A stretch of 64,000 nucleotides of DNA from a virus, in IMG/VR virus record IMGVR_UViG_3300032265_002113, positions 2,257 through 66,256 of that record. The stretch is one strand, 5' to 3'. This document shows, one piece after another, positions 17,134 to 26,067 of this stretch; position 1 is the first letter of the stretch; every line of letters begins with the position of its first letter. A program made the translations under genes and the position numbers. The notes beneath the pieces are model-generated. The model ran no database searches. It worked only from the letters and a program-made list of their open reading frames with translations, and was not told where the DNA came from.

Positions 17134-17858
17134 TACCCGAAAAAATTTTCGAGGCCCTCCACCTCAATAGTATGATGAAAACCACACTTCTTACAATCCA
17201 TTTCAATTCGCTTATTCAATACAGGAAGATTATCAAAGAAATCTTCGATTTTGGAAAATTGTTCTTGATTCAAAGACTCAATAAATTCAATCAATTCTTC
17301 TTTTGTTGTTTCGTTTGCATAATAAAATTGTTCACCATCAAAAATATGTTCAACACTATTCACAATCATTTCAAAAGCTATATCTGTAGAACTTTTTGAA
17401 TTTTTCACAGAATCAAGTGCAGAAAACTTTGGATAACTCAATTTAATCATAATCTTATCTGTAAGTTGGATTTCAGAGTTACTTTCTTGTGATTCAGTAA
17501 TCTTAATGTCCAATAAGTTTATGTTAACTTCCATCAAGTTACCACAAGATTTATCTTCTATCTTGTTCTCACAACGATATTTGTTTTGAACTACTTCACC
17601 AACGGATCTTGCTCTCAGTTGGATAAAGTAGTATTCAATATCAATGATAGGCAAATCATCAATATCAATATTTTCTGTCAAGGTACAATTATGGAGAACT
17701 TGCTTGATGTTCTTTTCAATTGTTTCCCTCTCATCTGCTTCCATAGCCATCATTAGGTTTCTCTGTTCTTTCACTAAGAAAGGACGGAAGCGTACTAATT
17801 TCTTACTGAGTGGTAAAGTCAATTCAAAAATTGGTGAATCTATTTTTGGTAAAGCCAT
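17133..17858 (-). CDS. gp26: baseplate hub subunit gp26
   Basis: MALPKI, RPFLVKE, D-EY-F--LRARSVGE, EGL-NFF. Confidence 0.9.
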   Translation of the reverse strand: MALPKIDSPIFELTLPLSKKLVRFRPFLVKEQRNLMMAMEADERETIEKNIKQVLHNCTLTENIDIDDLPIIDIEYYFIQLRARSVGEVVQNKYRCENKIEDKSCGNLMEVNINLLDIKITESQESNSEIQLTDKIMIKLSYPKFSALDSVKNSKSSTDIAFEMIVNSVEHIFDGEQFYYANETTKEELIEFIESLNQEQFSKIEDFFDNLPVLNKRIEMDCKKCGFHHTIEVEGLENFFG

Positions 17859-17892
17859 AGTTTATTTCCTTTTCATTAAGTAATTATATAAG

Positions 17893-18453
17893 TTATTGCC
17901 AACGAGTATATGCAAAAGTTACATTTAATTTGTGATAACCATCACTTGACCAATCCAAATCTAGTTGATTGACAGAAATTGGGAAAGCGTCTATGAGTTT
18001 AACTTGAAAAATTTCTTTATTTGATGTATCAAGTTGATTAATAAATATTGAACCGACATAATCCTCTTTATAAAGAAAATCGTAAGTAGTTGTTGGATTA
18101 ATTAAATTCATCCACTCATCAAAAAATTGTTTTTCGGGAAGTTTCGATGAAAAAGTATTGCCATTATGCGATTCGGTAACTATAAAAGTCATATCAATAT
18201 CATTATATGTTGTGTGATATGCATGTTTTTCTGTTGGATTTGATCCAAATTTTTGTTCCGTAGTTGCAAATGTTCTTCCTGGTATATTGGTGGATTCACA
18301 TCTTAAACTAAGAGTTTTATCAACACCAACAAGAGCACTTCTTCTGTTGTTAAAATAATTACTTAAACCGAATGGAATATTAATTTGAACATCAAAAAGT
18401 TTAGGTTTTGCAACTTCTCTAATACTATCTGTAAACTGACTTATTGTACCCAT
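17893..18453 (-). CDS. tail tube-family protein (gp54-like tube initiator)
   Basis: CES-NIPGR, F---W---I, L-DAFP-S...LDW...L-VTF-Y--W; probable start MGTISQF. Confidence 0.7.
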   Translation of the reverse strand: MGTISQFTDSIREVAKPKLFDVQINIPFGLSNYFNNRRSALVGVDKTLSLRCESTNIPGRTFATTEQKFGSNPTEKHAYHTTYNDIDMTFIVTESHNGNTFSSKLPEKQFFDEWMNLINPTTTYDFLYKEDYVGSIFINQLDTSNKEIFQVKLIDAFPISVNQLDLDWSSDGYHKLNVTFAYTRWQ

Positions 18454-18454
18454 T

Positions 18455-19078
18455 TTATTCTTCTTCCTGGTTAAAGTGTGCCATATGGTCTTTGTAATGT
18501 TGCATAGAATCTTTCCATACTGTGGAAGTTCTAGCACCTTTAAATTGCTGTAGAGGTAACATTGATGCAACATCCCATTCATTTGGTTGAATCATTAGTA
18601 ATTTTGACCTAAGGCGACCAAATAAGTATCTTTTCAACATTGGTCTGAACTCTGCGTATCTCTTGGCTGAGTTTAGGATCTCATAGGATATACGCATACG
18701 CTTAATATCATCTTCTGCTGTCAACTGAGCAAACCTCATCAGTTTAGACAGAAATGCCATCCTGTATTTTATTGGTAGATAATGCAAGTTCAATCCTAGA
18801 AAACCATCATTGTACCTTTCTAATACCAAAACTACTGGAAATTTATCCCAATACGGTAAATCATCTTTTGTTTTTGGATCATAAAAAAAACAATACATCA
18901 TTCCTATCTTGAACTGATTAGCTTTTCTAAATGTCTCACCTCTAATGGCGGCAGATATTTTATCTGGTCTTTTGATTTCAACAATCTTTTCTTTTAACCA
19001 AGCAATAGAATCCTTCGACATGGTTTTAAGGCCTGCCTGTTTCTTTTCTTCTGCTAATGTTGTTAATTTAGATTCCAT
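18455..19078 (-). CDS. gp2: DNA end protector protein gp2
   Basis: YDPKTK-DLPYWD-FP, FLGLNLHYLP, KRYL. Confidence 0.9.
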   Translation of the reverse strand: MESKLTTLAEEKKQAGLKTMSKDSIAWLKEKIVEIKRPDKISAAIRGETFRKANQFKIGMMYCFFYDPKTKDDLPYWDKFPVVLVLERYNDGFLGLNLHYLPIKYRMAFLSKLMRFAQLTAEDDIKRMRISYEILNSAKRYAEFRPMLKRYLFGRLRSKLLMIQPNEWDVASMLPLQQFKGARTSTVWKDSMQHYKDHMAHFNQEEE

Positions 19079-19089
19079 GTACTATTTAG

Positions 19090-19524
19090 TTAGAGGCCTA
19101 AATGGTCTTCCGTTATCACCATGAACTCCCAACCTCGGTCCAATGCATATTCTGTTGCAGCTTTCCATTTGGCCTGATTGATACCCCATGTGGTAACTTC
19201 TTGGATATATTGCCTTGTTACTTTTTTCTTTTTTTCAGGTTCTACAGATTGCTTTTTTGGTTTAACTTCAATGATGGTTGTCTTCAATTTATTATCTTTT
19301 GTCTTAGATTTAACTATAAAATCTGGGAAATATCTATGTCTTTTTCCATCCACCGGTGATATATAAGGGATTATAAGTTCTTCTGATGCCCATGAAACGA
19401 TATTTGGGTTTGAATCTAACCAATACATCACCTTACACTCCCAGGAAGAGCGATAAATAATATTAGTGTAATCACCCACATATTTATGTGGATATTTGGG
19501 AATAAATTTGCCTGAGTATGCCAT
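19090..19524 (-). CDS. gp4: head completion nuclease gp4
   Basis: MAYSG-F-P--P-KY-GD, YRSSWE, HRYFPDF, EVKP, N-AKW-AA. Confidence 0.92.
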   Translation of the reverse strand: MAYSGKFIPKYPHKYVGDYTNIIYRSSWECKVMYWLDSNPNIVSWASEELIIPYISPVDGKRHRYFPDFIVKSKTKDNKLKTTIIEVKPKKQSVEPEKKKKVTRQYIQEVTTWGINQAKWKAATEYALDRGWEFMVITEDHLGL

Positions 19525-19557
19525 AAATAGTATGTATAATCTTTTTAGGAAAAATAA

Positions 19558-20667
19558 ATGGCGGCTATTGAAGTATTGACCGTTGAACAAGCTACTGCTC
19601 TCAAGTCAAAAGGTCTATCAACAGGATCAATTGGTCCATTGGCTGTGTTGGATACAGACCCCAATGCTTCTGAAACTGTTCAATATCCACTTAAACTTAG
19701 AAGTGTCAATTATCCCCATTATGTTGCATTTATTGTCAAAGACATTATACCACAAAAATTAGATAAATTAGTAACAGAGGTTAATACCGCCCTAAGTTCA
19801 GCTAACAGTGCGTCCACTCTATTGCAAGAAAACCCAAATTTAGAAATAAATGCCACAGAAGAAAAATCTTTTTCCAGTCTTAAATCTTTTCTTAAATCTG
19901 CAAGTGAAGCAATGGATATACAATCCAACAGGACACAAGTTAAAGCATTTATTAATTTGTATATGCCAGATTCTTTGAAAGATAATTATAATCCAGATTA
20001 CGGTTCAATTAGTATAAGAGATGACCTTGGTCCAATATTAGGTGGAATAAGGTCTGCAGCTTCGATAGCGGGTAATGCTGCAAGTTCTTCAGGAACTGTA
20101 GTAGATTCTATATCAAACGATCCAGCAGCTATTAAATTTTCTGTTGATAAAATAGTAGGATTATTGGGCGGCGCCGGCGGAATAACTGAAGCCTTACTGC
20201 AAACACAAGGATACACATCGAATCCTCAACTACAGATGATTTACCGAGGTTCTCGGTTTAGAACTTTTTCTTTGGATTTTTTATTTACACCTGTGTCAGG
20301 TCCAGAAGCAGAAGTAGTTAGGAAAATTATATATTTGTTCAAATTTTTTGCGGCTCCTACAGTTGGTGTTGGTGTAGCTACAGCGAAAGAAGCTATGTTT
20401 TTAACCCCACCCGCTCTTTTTCAAGTTAAATTTATGAAGAATGGTGTTGAAAATATAAATTTACCAAAATATACAGATTGTGTATTAGATGATATATCTG
20501 TCGATTATGCACCTAATGGTTTTGCTGCACATAGTGGAGACGAATCGGGCCAAGGTGATGGTGCGCCAGTTCAAACACATCTAACATTAACTTTCCAAGA
20601 AGTTGAGATTTTAGATAGGAAAAGACTGAGAGATGGATTTCAAGGTGGAGAGGCAGGATTAAGATAA
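19558..20667 (+). CDS. gp48: baseplate tail-tube cap gp48
   Basis: LYMP, NPQLQ--Y-G--FR-F-LDF-FTP, L-L-FQE-EIL. Confidence 0.8.
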   Translation: MAAIEVLTVEQATALKSKGLSTGSIGPLAVLDTDPNASETVQYPLKLRSVNYPHYVAFIVKDIIPQKLDKLVTEVNTALSSANSASTLLQENPNLEINATEEKSFSSLKSFLKSASEAMDIQSNRTQVKAFINLYMPDSLKDNYNPDYGSISIRDDLGPILGGIRSAASIAGNAASSSGTVVDSISNDPAAIKFSVDKIVGLLGGAGGITEALLQTQGYTSNPQLQMIYRGSRFRTFSLDFLFTPVSGPEAEVVRKIIYLFKFFAAPTVGVGVATAKEAMFLTPPALFQVKFMKNGVENINLPKYTDCVLDDISVDYAPNGFAAHSGDESGQGDGAPVQTHLTLTFQEVEILDRKRLRDGFQGGEAGLR

Positions 20668-21326
20668 TGAAATATTTTGAAACTCTGCCTAAAATATCAA
20701 GTATCGATTACAGTGGAAATAAGATATTGTTGACCAATCTTATGGTCAGGTCTGAAATTGTACCTAGCTTATTAAAAAATCCTTTGTTGTTCTATTCATA
20801 TAATGTAAAAGATAGTGATTCACCTGAAATAATTGCAAGTAAGTATTACGAAGATCCATATCGTTACTGGATTGTTCTGTTCGCTAATCAAATCATTGAT
20901 CCGGAATGGGATTGGCCAATGAATTCTAATTTATTCACTAATTATATTCAAAATAAGTATACTCCAGATTGTGCAACATTTTATAACATTCCAGAAAGTT
21001 CAGTAACATCTGCTCAAATTTTATCTTATACTCAAGTCCAGATAAAATACTATGTTAAATCTGTTAAAACAATAGACAACAGTACAAACAAGGCAAACAT
21101 ATTAAATTATCATGTTAGTCTTGATGAATATCTGACTATACAAGAAGATACAATTGTAAGAACTTTTACAACTGGTGCTCAAGTAACACAAATAGTTAGT
21201 AAGTATACAGAAACAATTTATGATTATGAATTGAATCTAAACGAATCTCGTAGGTCAATTTACTTGGTTAACGCAAAATATGTTTCTGAATTTGAAATGC
21301 AGTTTTATAATTTGATGAAAATGTGA
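20667..21326 (+). CDS. gp53: baseplate wedge protein gp53
   Basis: YF--LP, Y-VKD-D-PE-IA-KYY-D----WIVL-AN-I-DP--DWP, NE-RR-I. Confidence 0.88.
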   Translation: MKYFETLPKISSIDYSGNKILLTNLMVRSEIVPSLLKNPLLFYSYNVKDSDSPEIIASKYYEDPYRYWIVLFANQIIDPEWDWPMNSNLFTNYIQNKYTPDCATFYNIPESSVTSAQILSYTQVQIKYYVKSVKTIDNSTNKANILNYHVSLDEYLTIQEDTIVRTFTTGAQVTQIVSKYTETIYDYELNLNESRRSIYLVNAKYVSEFEMQFYNLMKM

Positions 21327-21327
21327 C

Positions 21328-22683
21328 ATGGCAAACAATTTAAGATATCCGGGTAATTTTCAATTAATTAGTATAGTTGTTCATTCAGCCACTAGTGATA
21401 TTGATTTGTCTTTTAATTTTATAGAAATATCTTATAATGAGGATCTGTTTAATAACACGGCTTCCGGTTATGTAATGATTAAAGATTCCATAGACTTAGC
21501 AAATAGTTTAAGTATGTCTGGTAATGAATTCATTCATTTACATTTTGGTAAAGCTGATGATACCACAAACATCATTAAAAAGAGTTTTCGTATTTTTACA
21601 ATAAGTAAAAGAGAACCTTTGAATGAAGGAAATACAGAAACATATTCAATCTACTTTTGTTCTGAAGAATTGTTTCTTTCTGAACAATATAAAATAAGTA
21701 AATCTTATAAAAATTCAGATATAACGACAAACATAAAAGATATATTAAAGACGTATCTACAGGTGCCAGATAATAGAATGGGGCAAATAGATAAAACATA
21801 TGGTGTTTATGATTTTATAGTTCCATTTTTAAAACCTTTTGATGCTATTAACTGGTTGGCTACATATGCAAGACCAGGAGCTTTTGGATCTATTACTATG
21901 GTTGGTGCTGATATGTTATTTTATGAGAATAAATTTGGATATAATTTTAGGTCTTTACAAAATTTGTATGAACAAAGTCCAATGAGAGAATATAATTATT
22001 CTCCTAGGAATTTAAATGTTGTCGATATGCCATACAATTTATCTAATGCACTTTCATATGAAATAATGGATTCTTTTGATACATTAGCTGGTGTAAATCA
22101 AGGTATGTTTGCAAATCGTTTATTGTCGGTTGATCCTTTATTGAGAAGATATAAAGTAACAGATTTCAGTTACGCAGATTATAATAATAAAGTTGAAAAA
22201 TTAAACAATTGGCCAATAACTAACAATTACAAAAATCGCAACGGTGATACTTTATATCAAACACCAGAAGCATCTTTTAAATTGGTTTTTGCAAATTCAA
22301 ATCAAAACGATTATGCTGTTATAAAAAATAAACCAGGTTCAGTTGCGCGTGATATTTTTGCAGATACCTACATACCGAATAGAACTGCACAAATACCTTT
22401 GGCAAATTATAATAGAATGAAAATTTCAGTTTGGGGTGATCCAGCATTGACTGTTGGATCTGTTATTAAATTTAATTTACTTTCAAAAGATCCAGTTAGA
22501 CAAGCTAAAGGCTTAGATGATTTCTATTCAGGAAATTATTTGGTTACTGCGGTGAGACACATTTTGGATCAATTTAAATATAGAACTATTTTGGAAATAT
22601 GTAAAGAGAGTGTTCCTAATCTATATGCTGATCCTAATAATGGCTCTGTTGGTTGGAGTAATGCGGTTAAAGGAGTTATATAA
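21328..22683 (+). CDS. baseplate hub protein (gp27-like)
   Basis: Position between gp53 and gp5; PFDAINWL, FYEN--G-NF-S, YSG-YLVTAVRH. Confidence 0.65.
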   Translation: MANNLRYPGNFQLISIVVHSATSDIDLSFNFIEISYNEDLFNNTASGYVMIKDSIDLANSLSMSGNEFIHLHFGKADDTTNIIKKSFRIFTISKREPLNEGNTETYSIYFCSEELFLSEQYKISKSYKNSDITTNIKDILKTYLQVPDNRMGQIDKTYGVYDFIVPFLKPFDAINWLATYARPGAFGSITMVGADMLFYENKFGYNFRSLQNLYEQSPMREYNYSPRNLNVVDMPYNLSNALSYEIMDSFDTLAGVNQGMFANRLLSVDPLLRRYKVTDFSYADYNNKVEKLNNWPITNNYKNRNGDTLYQTPEASFKLVFANSNQNDYAVIKNKPGSVARDIFADTYIPNRTAQIPLANYNRMKISVWGDPALTVGSVIKFNLLSKDPVRQAKGLDDFYSGNYLVTAVRHILDQFKYRTILEICKESVPNLYADPNNGSVGWSNAVKGVI

Positions 22684-23012
22684 TGTCAAAGGCGACCACT
22701 AATTTTGCAGGTTTGAATGGATTTGTTTGGTGGATGGGTGTTGTTAAAAATAGAGCTGATCCATTGGGTTTAGGAAGATGTAAAGTTAGAATATTTGGAT
22801 GGCACACAGATAATGTTACTCTGATTCCTGATGCGGATTTACCTTGGGCTACACCAATGAACGCCATAAATACTTCAAAAACATTTGGTGTACCTGAACT
22901 CAATGATTGGGTTGTTGGTTTCTTTTTGGATGGTGAAAGTGGCCAATTTCCCGTGATGATGGGTGTATTACCGGGAATATCACCAGAACAAAAAGCTGGT
23001 TATGCAACTTAA
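22683..23012 (+). CDS. gp5: gp5 N-terminal OB-fold as a stand-alone protein
   Basis: F-WW-GVV--R-DPL-LGR-KVRIFGWH, LPWA, WVVGFFLDG---Q-P--MG-LPG; stops after 109 aa. Confidence 0.85.
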   Translation: MSKATTNFAGLNGFVWWMGVVKNRADPLGLGRCKVRIFGWHTDNVTLIPDADLPWATPMNAINTSKTFGVPELNDWVVGFFLDGESGQFPVMMGVLPGISPEQKAGYAT

Positions 23013-23023
23013 TAGGAGGAATT

Positions 23024-23911
23024 ATGGCAATTCAAGCTGAACTCTCATTGGATTATGTTAATTATAAACCAGCAACTGGACCAACACTGGAGATGAATCC
23101 TAATCCAAATGCATCAAATGGCCTTTATGTATCAGATTTTGGAAAGCCGGCGCAGTGGGCTTGGGGTGGTTCGTTTTCAACCAAAGGTGTTCAAACTTCC
23201 CCCGGTATTGCTAGAGGTGCATTAATCAATACGGGTGTTTATATTACTAACAGTCAAGTTGCTCACGTTTGTGATTTTAAATTTAGATTAAATGCAAATT
23301 TATCTTTGACTGCTTTAGTTCCAAATGTAGGAATATTATTAGGTGCAATTAAAAATGGTAAAAATGCTGCATCAGCTGCAATTCGCACAGCAATAACAAG
23401 ACTAAATCAATTATTCAGAACTGCAATTGATGCAATTTTAGCAGGATTAAATATTGATGCTACAGGTGTTCTTTCAACTAATTTCTCCTTTTTGAAAGAG
23501 AAAGTAAGAGAAATTAATGAAAAATTAAAAATTGCAGCTCAAGTTATAGCCGATATTTCTATGGTTTATTTTTTATTAAAACAACTAGATGAAATTACAA
23601 ATTGGATAAAATCATTACCTGCTCAAGTTCAACAAATATTAGAAGAATGTGTATTAAATTTCAAGGCAGGAATAGCTTCTGTAGGCGCACAATTTGCCAA
23701 TGGTTTTGCCGGAACAGAAGCTGAGTTAACAGCAGCTTATAATAATGAGAATAATGCACCACAACCAACAACTATAACAACATATGTAACTGATCCAGTA
23801 AACGCTAATATAGACAACCTTAGTGCATCAATTAACGCTGGAATAGAATCAGGTAAAGCAGCGGCAGCTAATTATTTTGGTCCTAAATTCAGTAATTCAA
23901 GTAAACCATGA
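23024..23911 (+). CDS. hypothetical structural protein between the two gp5 parts
   Basis: AGGAG Shine-Dalgarno; helical Ala/Leu-rich C-terminal part. Confidence 0.7.
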   Translation: MAIQAELSLDYVNYKPATGPTLEMNPNPNASNGLYVSDFGKPAQWAWGGSFSTKGVQTSPGIARGALINTGVYITNSQVAHVCDFKFRLNANLSLTALVPNVGILLGAIKNGKNAASAAIRTAITRLNQLFRTAIDAILAGLNIDATGVLSTNFSFLKEKVREINEKLKIAAQVIADISMVYFLLKQLDEITNWIKSLPAQVQQILEECVLNFKAGIASVGAQFANGFAGTEAELTAAYNNENNAPQPTTITTYVTDPVNANIDNLSASINAGIESGKAAAANYFGPKFSNSSKP

Positions 23912-23924
23912 TAGGATATTTATA

Positions 23925-24803
23925 ATGACAGTTTTAAAACCAGGTTATTTTGCCAGCTGGATAGAACCCAAATCTGCCGCAAATACAGATATTAATCAGA
24001 TAACCGGTGCAGCGGGAACTTATTTGCCGATTCCTCCTTTTAATAATGCAACACAGACACCTAGTGGCCATGCATTCGAATTGGATGACACTCCAACAAG
24101 AGAACGTGTCAGATTACAACACCGTTCAAAGACATTTATTGAAATGCATCCTAATGGTGATGAGGTTCATAAAATATATGGTGATGGATATGAAATTACT
24201 CTTAATGATAGAAATATATTAATTGGATCATCTGGCAAAGGAAATTTAAACATAGAAATCCACGGCGATGTAAATATGAATGTTGTAAATGGCAGTGTCA
24301 ATCAACAAATTGATGGTAACTACGAATTGCATGTTAAAGGAAACTATTCAACTGTAGTTGAAGGATTAACCAGCTTTGTTTCACAGGGTGACATGGACAT
24401 TAAAGCTGGTGGTGCATTGAGTGGTGGATTATTTGTTACACCAGGCGACTATGTAAGTATTCGCGGAGATTTAAAGGTCAACGGAGAAATCACAGCCTCT
24501 AAAATTTTCTCCAAAGGTCGAGTAGATTGTTTATCAGGTATGTCAGCTACATCTGGAGGATTTACAACTCAATTTGGTGGTATTACTGTTGGCCCATTAG
24601 AAATATATCCAGTTCCGGGCACAATTAATTGTACTGGTCCAATCAATTCAAGAACTTTAATGTCTGCACCGTTAATAAATGCAGGTGTATCATCTTCACT
24701 TTTATCTAAAGATATTGTTAATAGTATCATACGAAATATGCAGATACATATTGCACCTTATGGACCAACAAGTCCACCAACAACGCAAGAAATAGGATTT
24801 TAA
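23925..24803 (+). CDS. gp5: gp5 C-terminal beta-helix spike portion
   Basis: T-SGH-FE-DDTP--ER----HRS-TF-E-HP-G followed by V-G/I-G repeats. Confidence 0.8.
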   Translation: MTVLKPGYFASWIEPKSAANTDINQITGAAGTYLPIPPFNNATQTPSGHAFELDDTPTRERVRLQHRSKTFIEMHPNGDEVHKIYGDGYEITLNDRNILIGSSGKGNLNIEIHGDVNMNVVNGSVNQQIDGNYELHVKGNYSTVVEGLTSFVSQGDMDIKAGGALSGGLFVTPGDYVSIRGDLKVNGEITASKIFSKGRVDCLSGMSATSGGFTTQFGGITVGPLEIYPVPGTINCTGPINSRTLMSAPLINAGVSSSLLSKDIVNSIIRNMQIHIAPYGPTSPPTTQEIGF

Positions 24804-24812
24804 GGATATATT

Positions 24813-25655
24813 ATGAGCATTTATGGAAGATTAGGGTTTAATTCAACAGACCCAACGACTAACGCGACAGTTTCAAATTACAGTAGTGGTGTTGCAAATA
24901 ATATGGCGTTAATGCCGCCGTTGTTGAATACATGGCAAACAGAGGATATCTCTACATCCAATGTGGGTGGGTATTTTGTTAATCCTGTGGGATCATTAAC
25001 AATAACAATAAATTCTGCTCTGAATTCAATAAATGCCGCAACACTTGCTATTAACGTACAATCAACTATATCTTCTACAGTCACACAAGCTTTGCATGAT
25101 TTAGGTAATACAGCCGTTGGTGCAGTAGGTACAGTAAACAATTACTTATATGTTACGAATAGGCAGTCAAATGTTGTTGATCCGGGAACTGATGTGACTA
25201 CAGTTCATTACAGAATGGCAATAGGATATGGTAAAATATTGTCTTATATTACATATCAGTCTGATGGTGTGCAAAATAATTCACCCATCATGGGTAATTT
25301 TACTAGTATAACTTTAGGTAATACATTAAGTACACTTAGTAACACATTGTCCTCACAACAAATTACACTTTCAAATAGTATTACGATGGGTACACCAAAT
25401 ACTTCTAATTTAACTTTGGCACAAACACAAGCAATAAGTAGCACTATAGGATCCATCACTTCTTTGATGACAACTTATACTACACAAGATAATGCATTCT
25501 TTACAAATACAAAAGCCATTATGGCAGATTATTCTACAGTTTCTCCTTTGGGTGACATGGGTGCAACTGAAACTCTATTAGTAAACACTTATATTGGAAC
25601 AGACAAATTGAAAACCAGAATATTGTCTCAGACACAAACCGCAAATGTCTCTTAA
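24813..25655 (+). CDS. hypothetical virion structural protein
   Basis: 280-aa Thr/Ser/Asn-rich ORF between gp5 and gp25. Confidence 0.7.
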   Translation: MSIYGRLGFNSTDPTTNATVSNYSSGVANNMALMPPLLNTWQTEDISTSNVGGYFVNPVGSLTITINSALNSINAATLAINVQSTISSTVTQALHDLGNTAVGAVGTVNNYLYVTNRQSNVVDPGTDVTTVHYRMAIGYGKILSYITYQSDGVQNNSPIMGNFTSITLGNTLSTLSNTLSSQQITLSNSITMGTPNTSNLTLAQTQAISSTIGSITSLMTTYTTQDNAFFTNTKAIMADYSTVSPLGDMGATETLLVNTYIGTDKLKTRILSQTQTANVS

Positions 25656-25674
25656 TAAGAGTAATAAATAGAAG

Positions 25675-26067
25675 ATGGCAACATTAAAAAAAATATACTC
25701 AGATATAGACCTCACATTCAAGCGTGTGCCAGGTACAAATGATATAGCTCTCCGTTATGATGAGAATGCCGTAATAGCCTCGGTTAGAAATCTTTTGTTG
25801 ACTAATTTTTATGAGAGGCCTTTTCAGCCTGATGTTGGTTCCAATTTAAATCGATTACTATTTGAACCAGCGACAGAAGTTACCGCCTCAATTTTAGATA
25901 CAGAAATAAGAAATACTATTAAAAATTATGAGCCAAGGGTTGCTATTGATGAGTTGGAAATTACACTTAATGAAGATGGAAATTCATTTTTAGTTTATTT
26001 AAGTTTTTATGTTGGAAATAACTCAGTACCAACAGCAGTTAACCTAATTCTTCAAAGGTCCAGATAA
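25675..26067 (+). CDS. gp25: baseplate wedge subunit gp25
   Basis: YSDIDL-F, SVRNL-LT--YERPF-P--G, YEPRV; AATAAATA late promoter at 25663. Confidence 0.92.
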   Translation: MATLKKIYSDIDLTFKRVPGTNDIALRYDENAVIASVRNLLLTNFYERPFQPDVGSNLNRLLFEPATEVTASILDTEIRNTIKNYEPRVAIDELEITLNEDGNSFLVYLSFYVGNNSVPTAVNLILQRSR

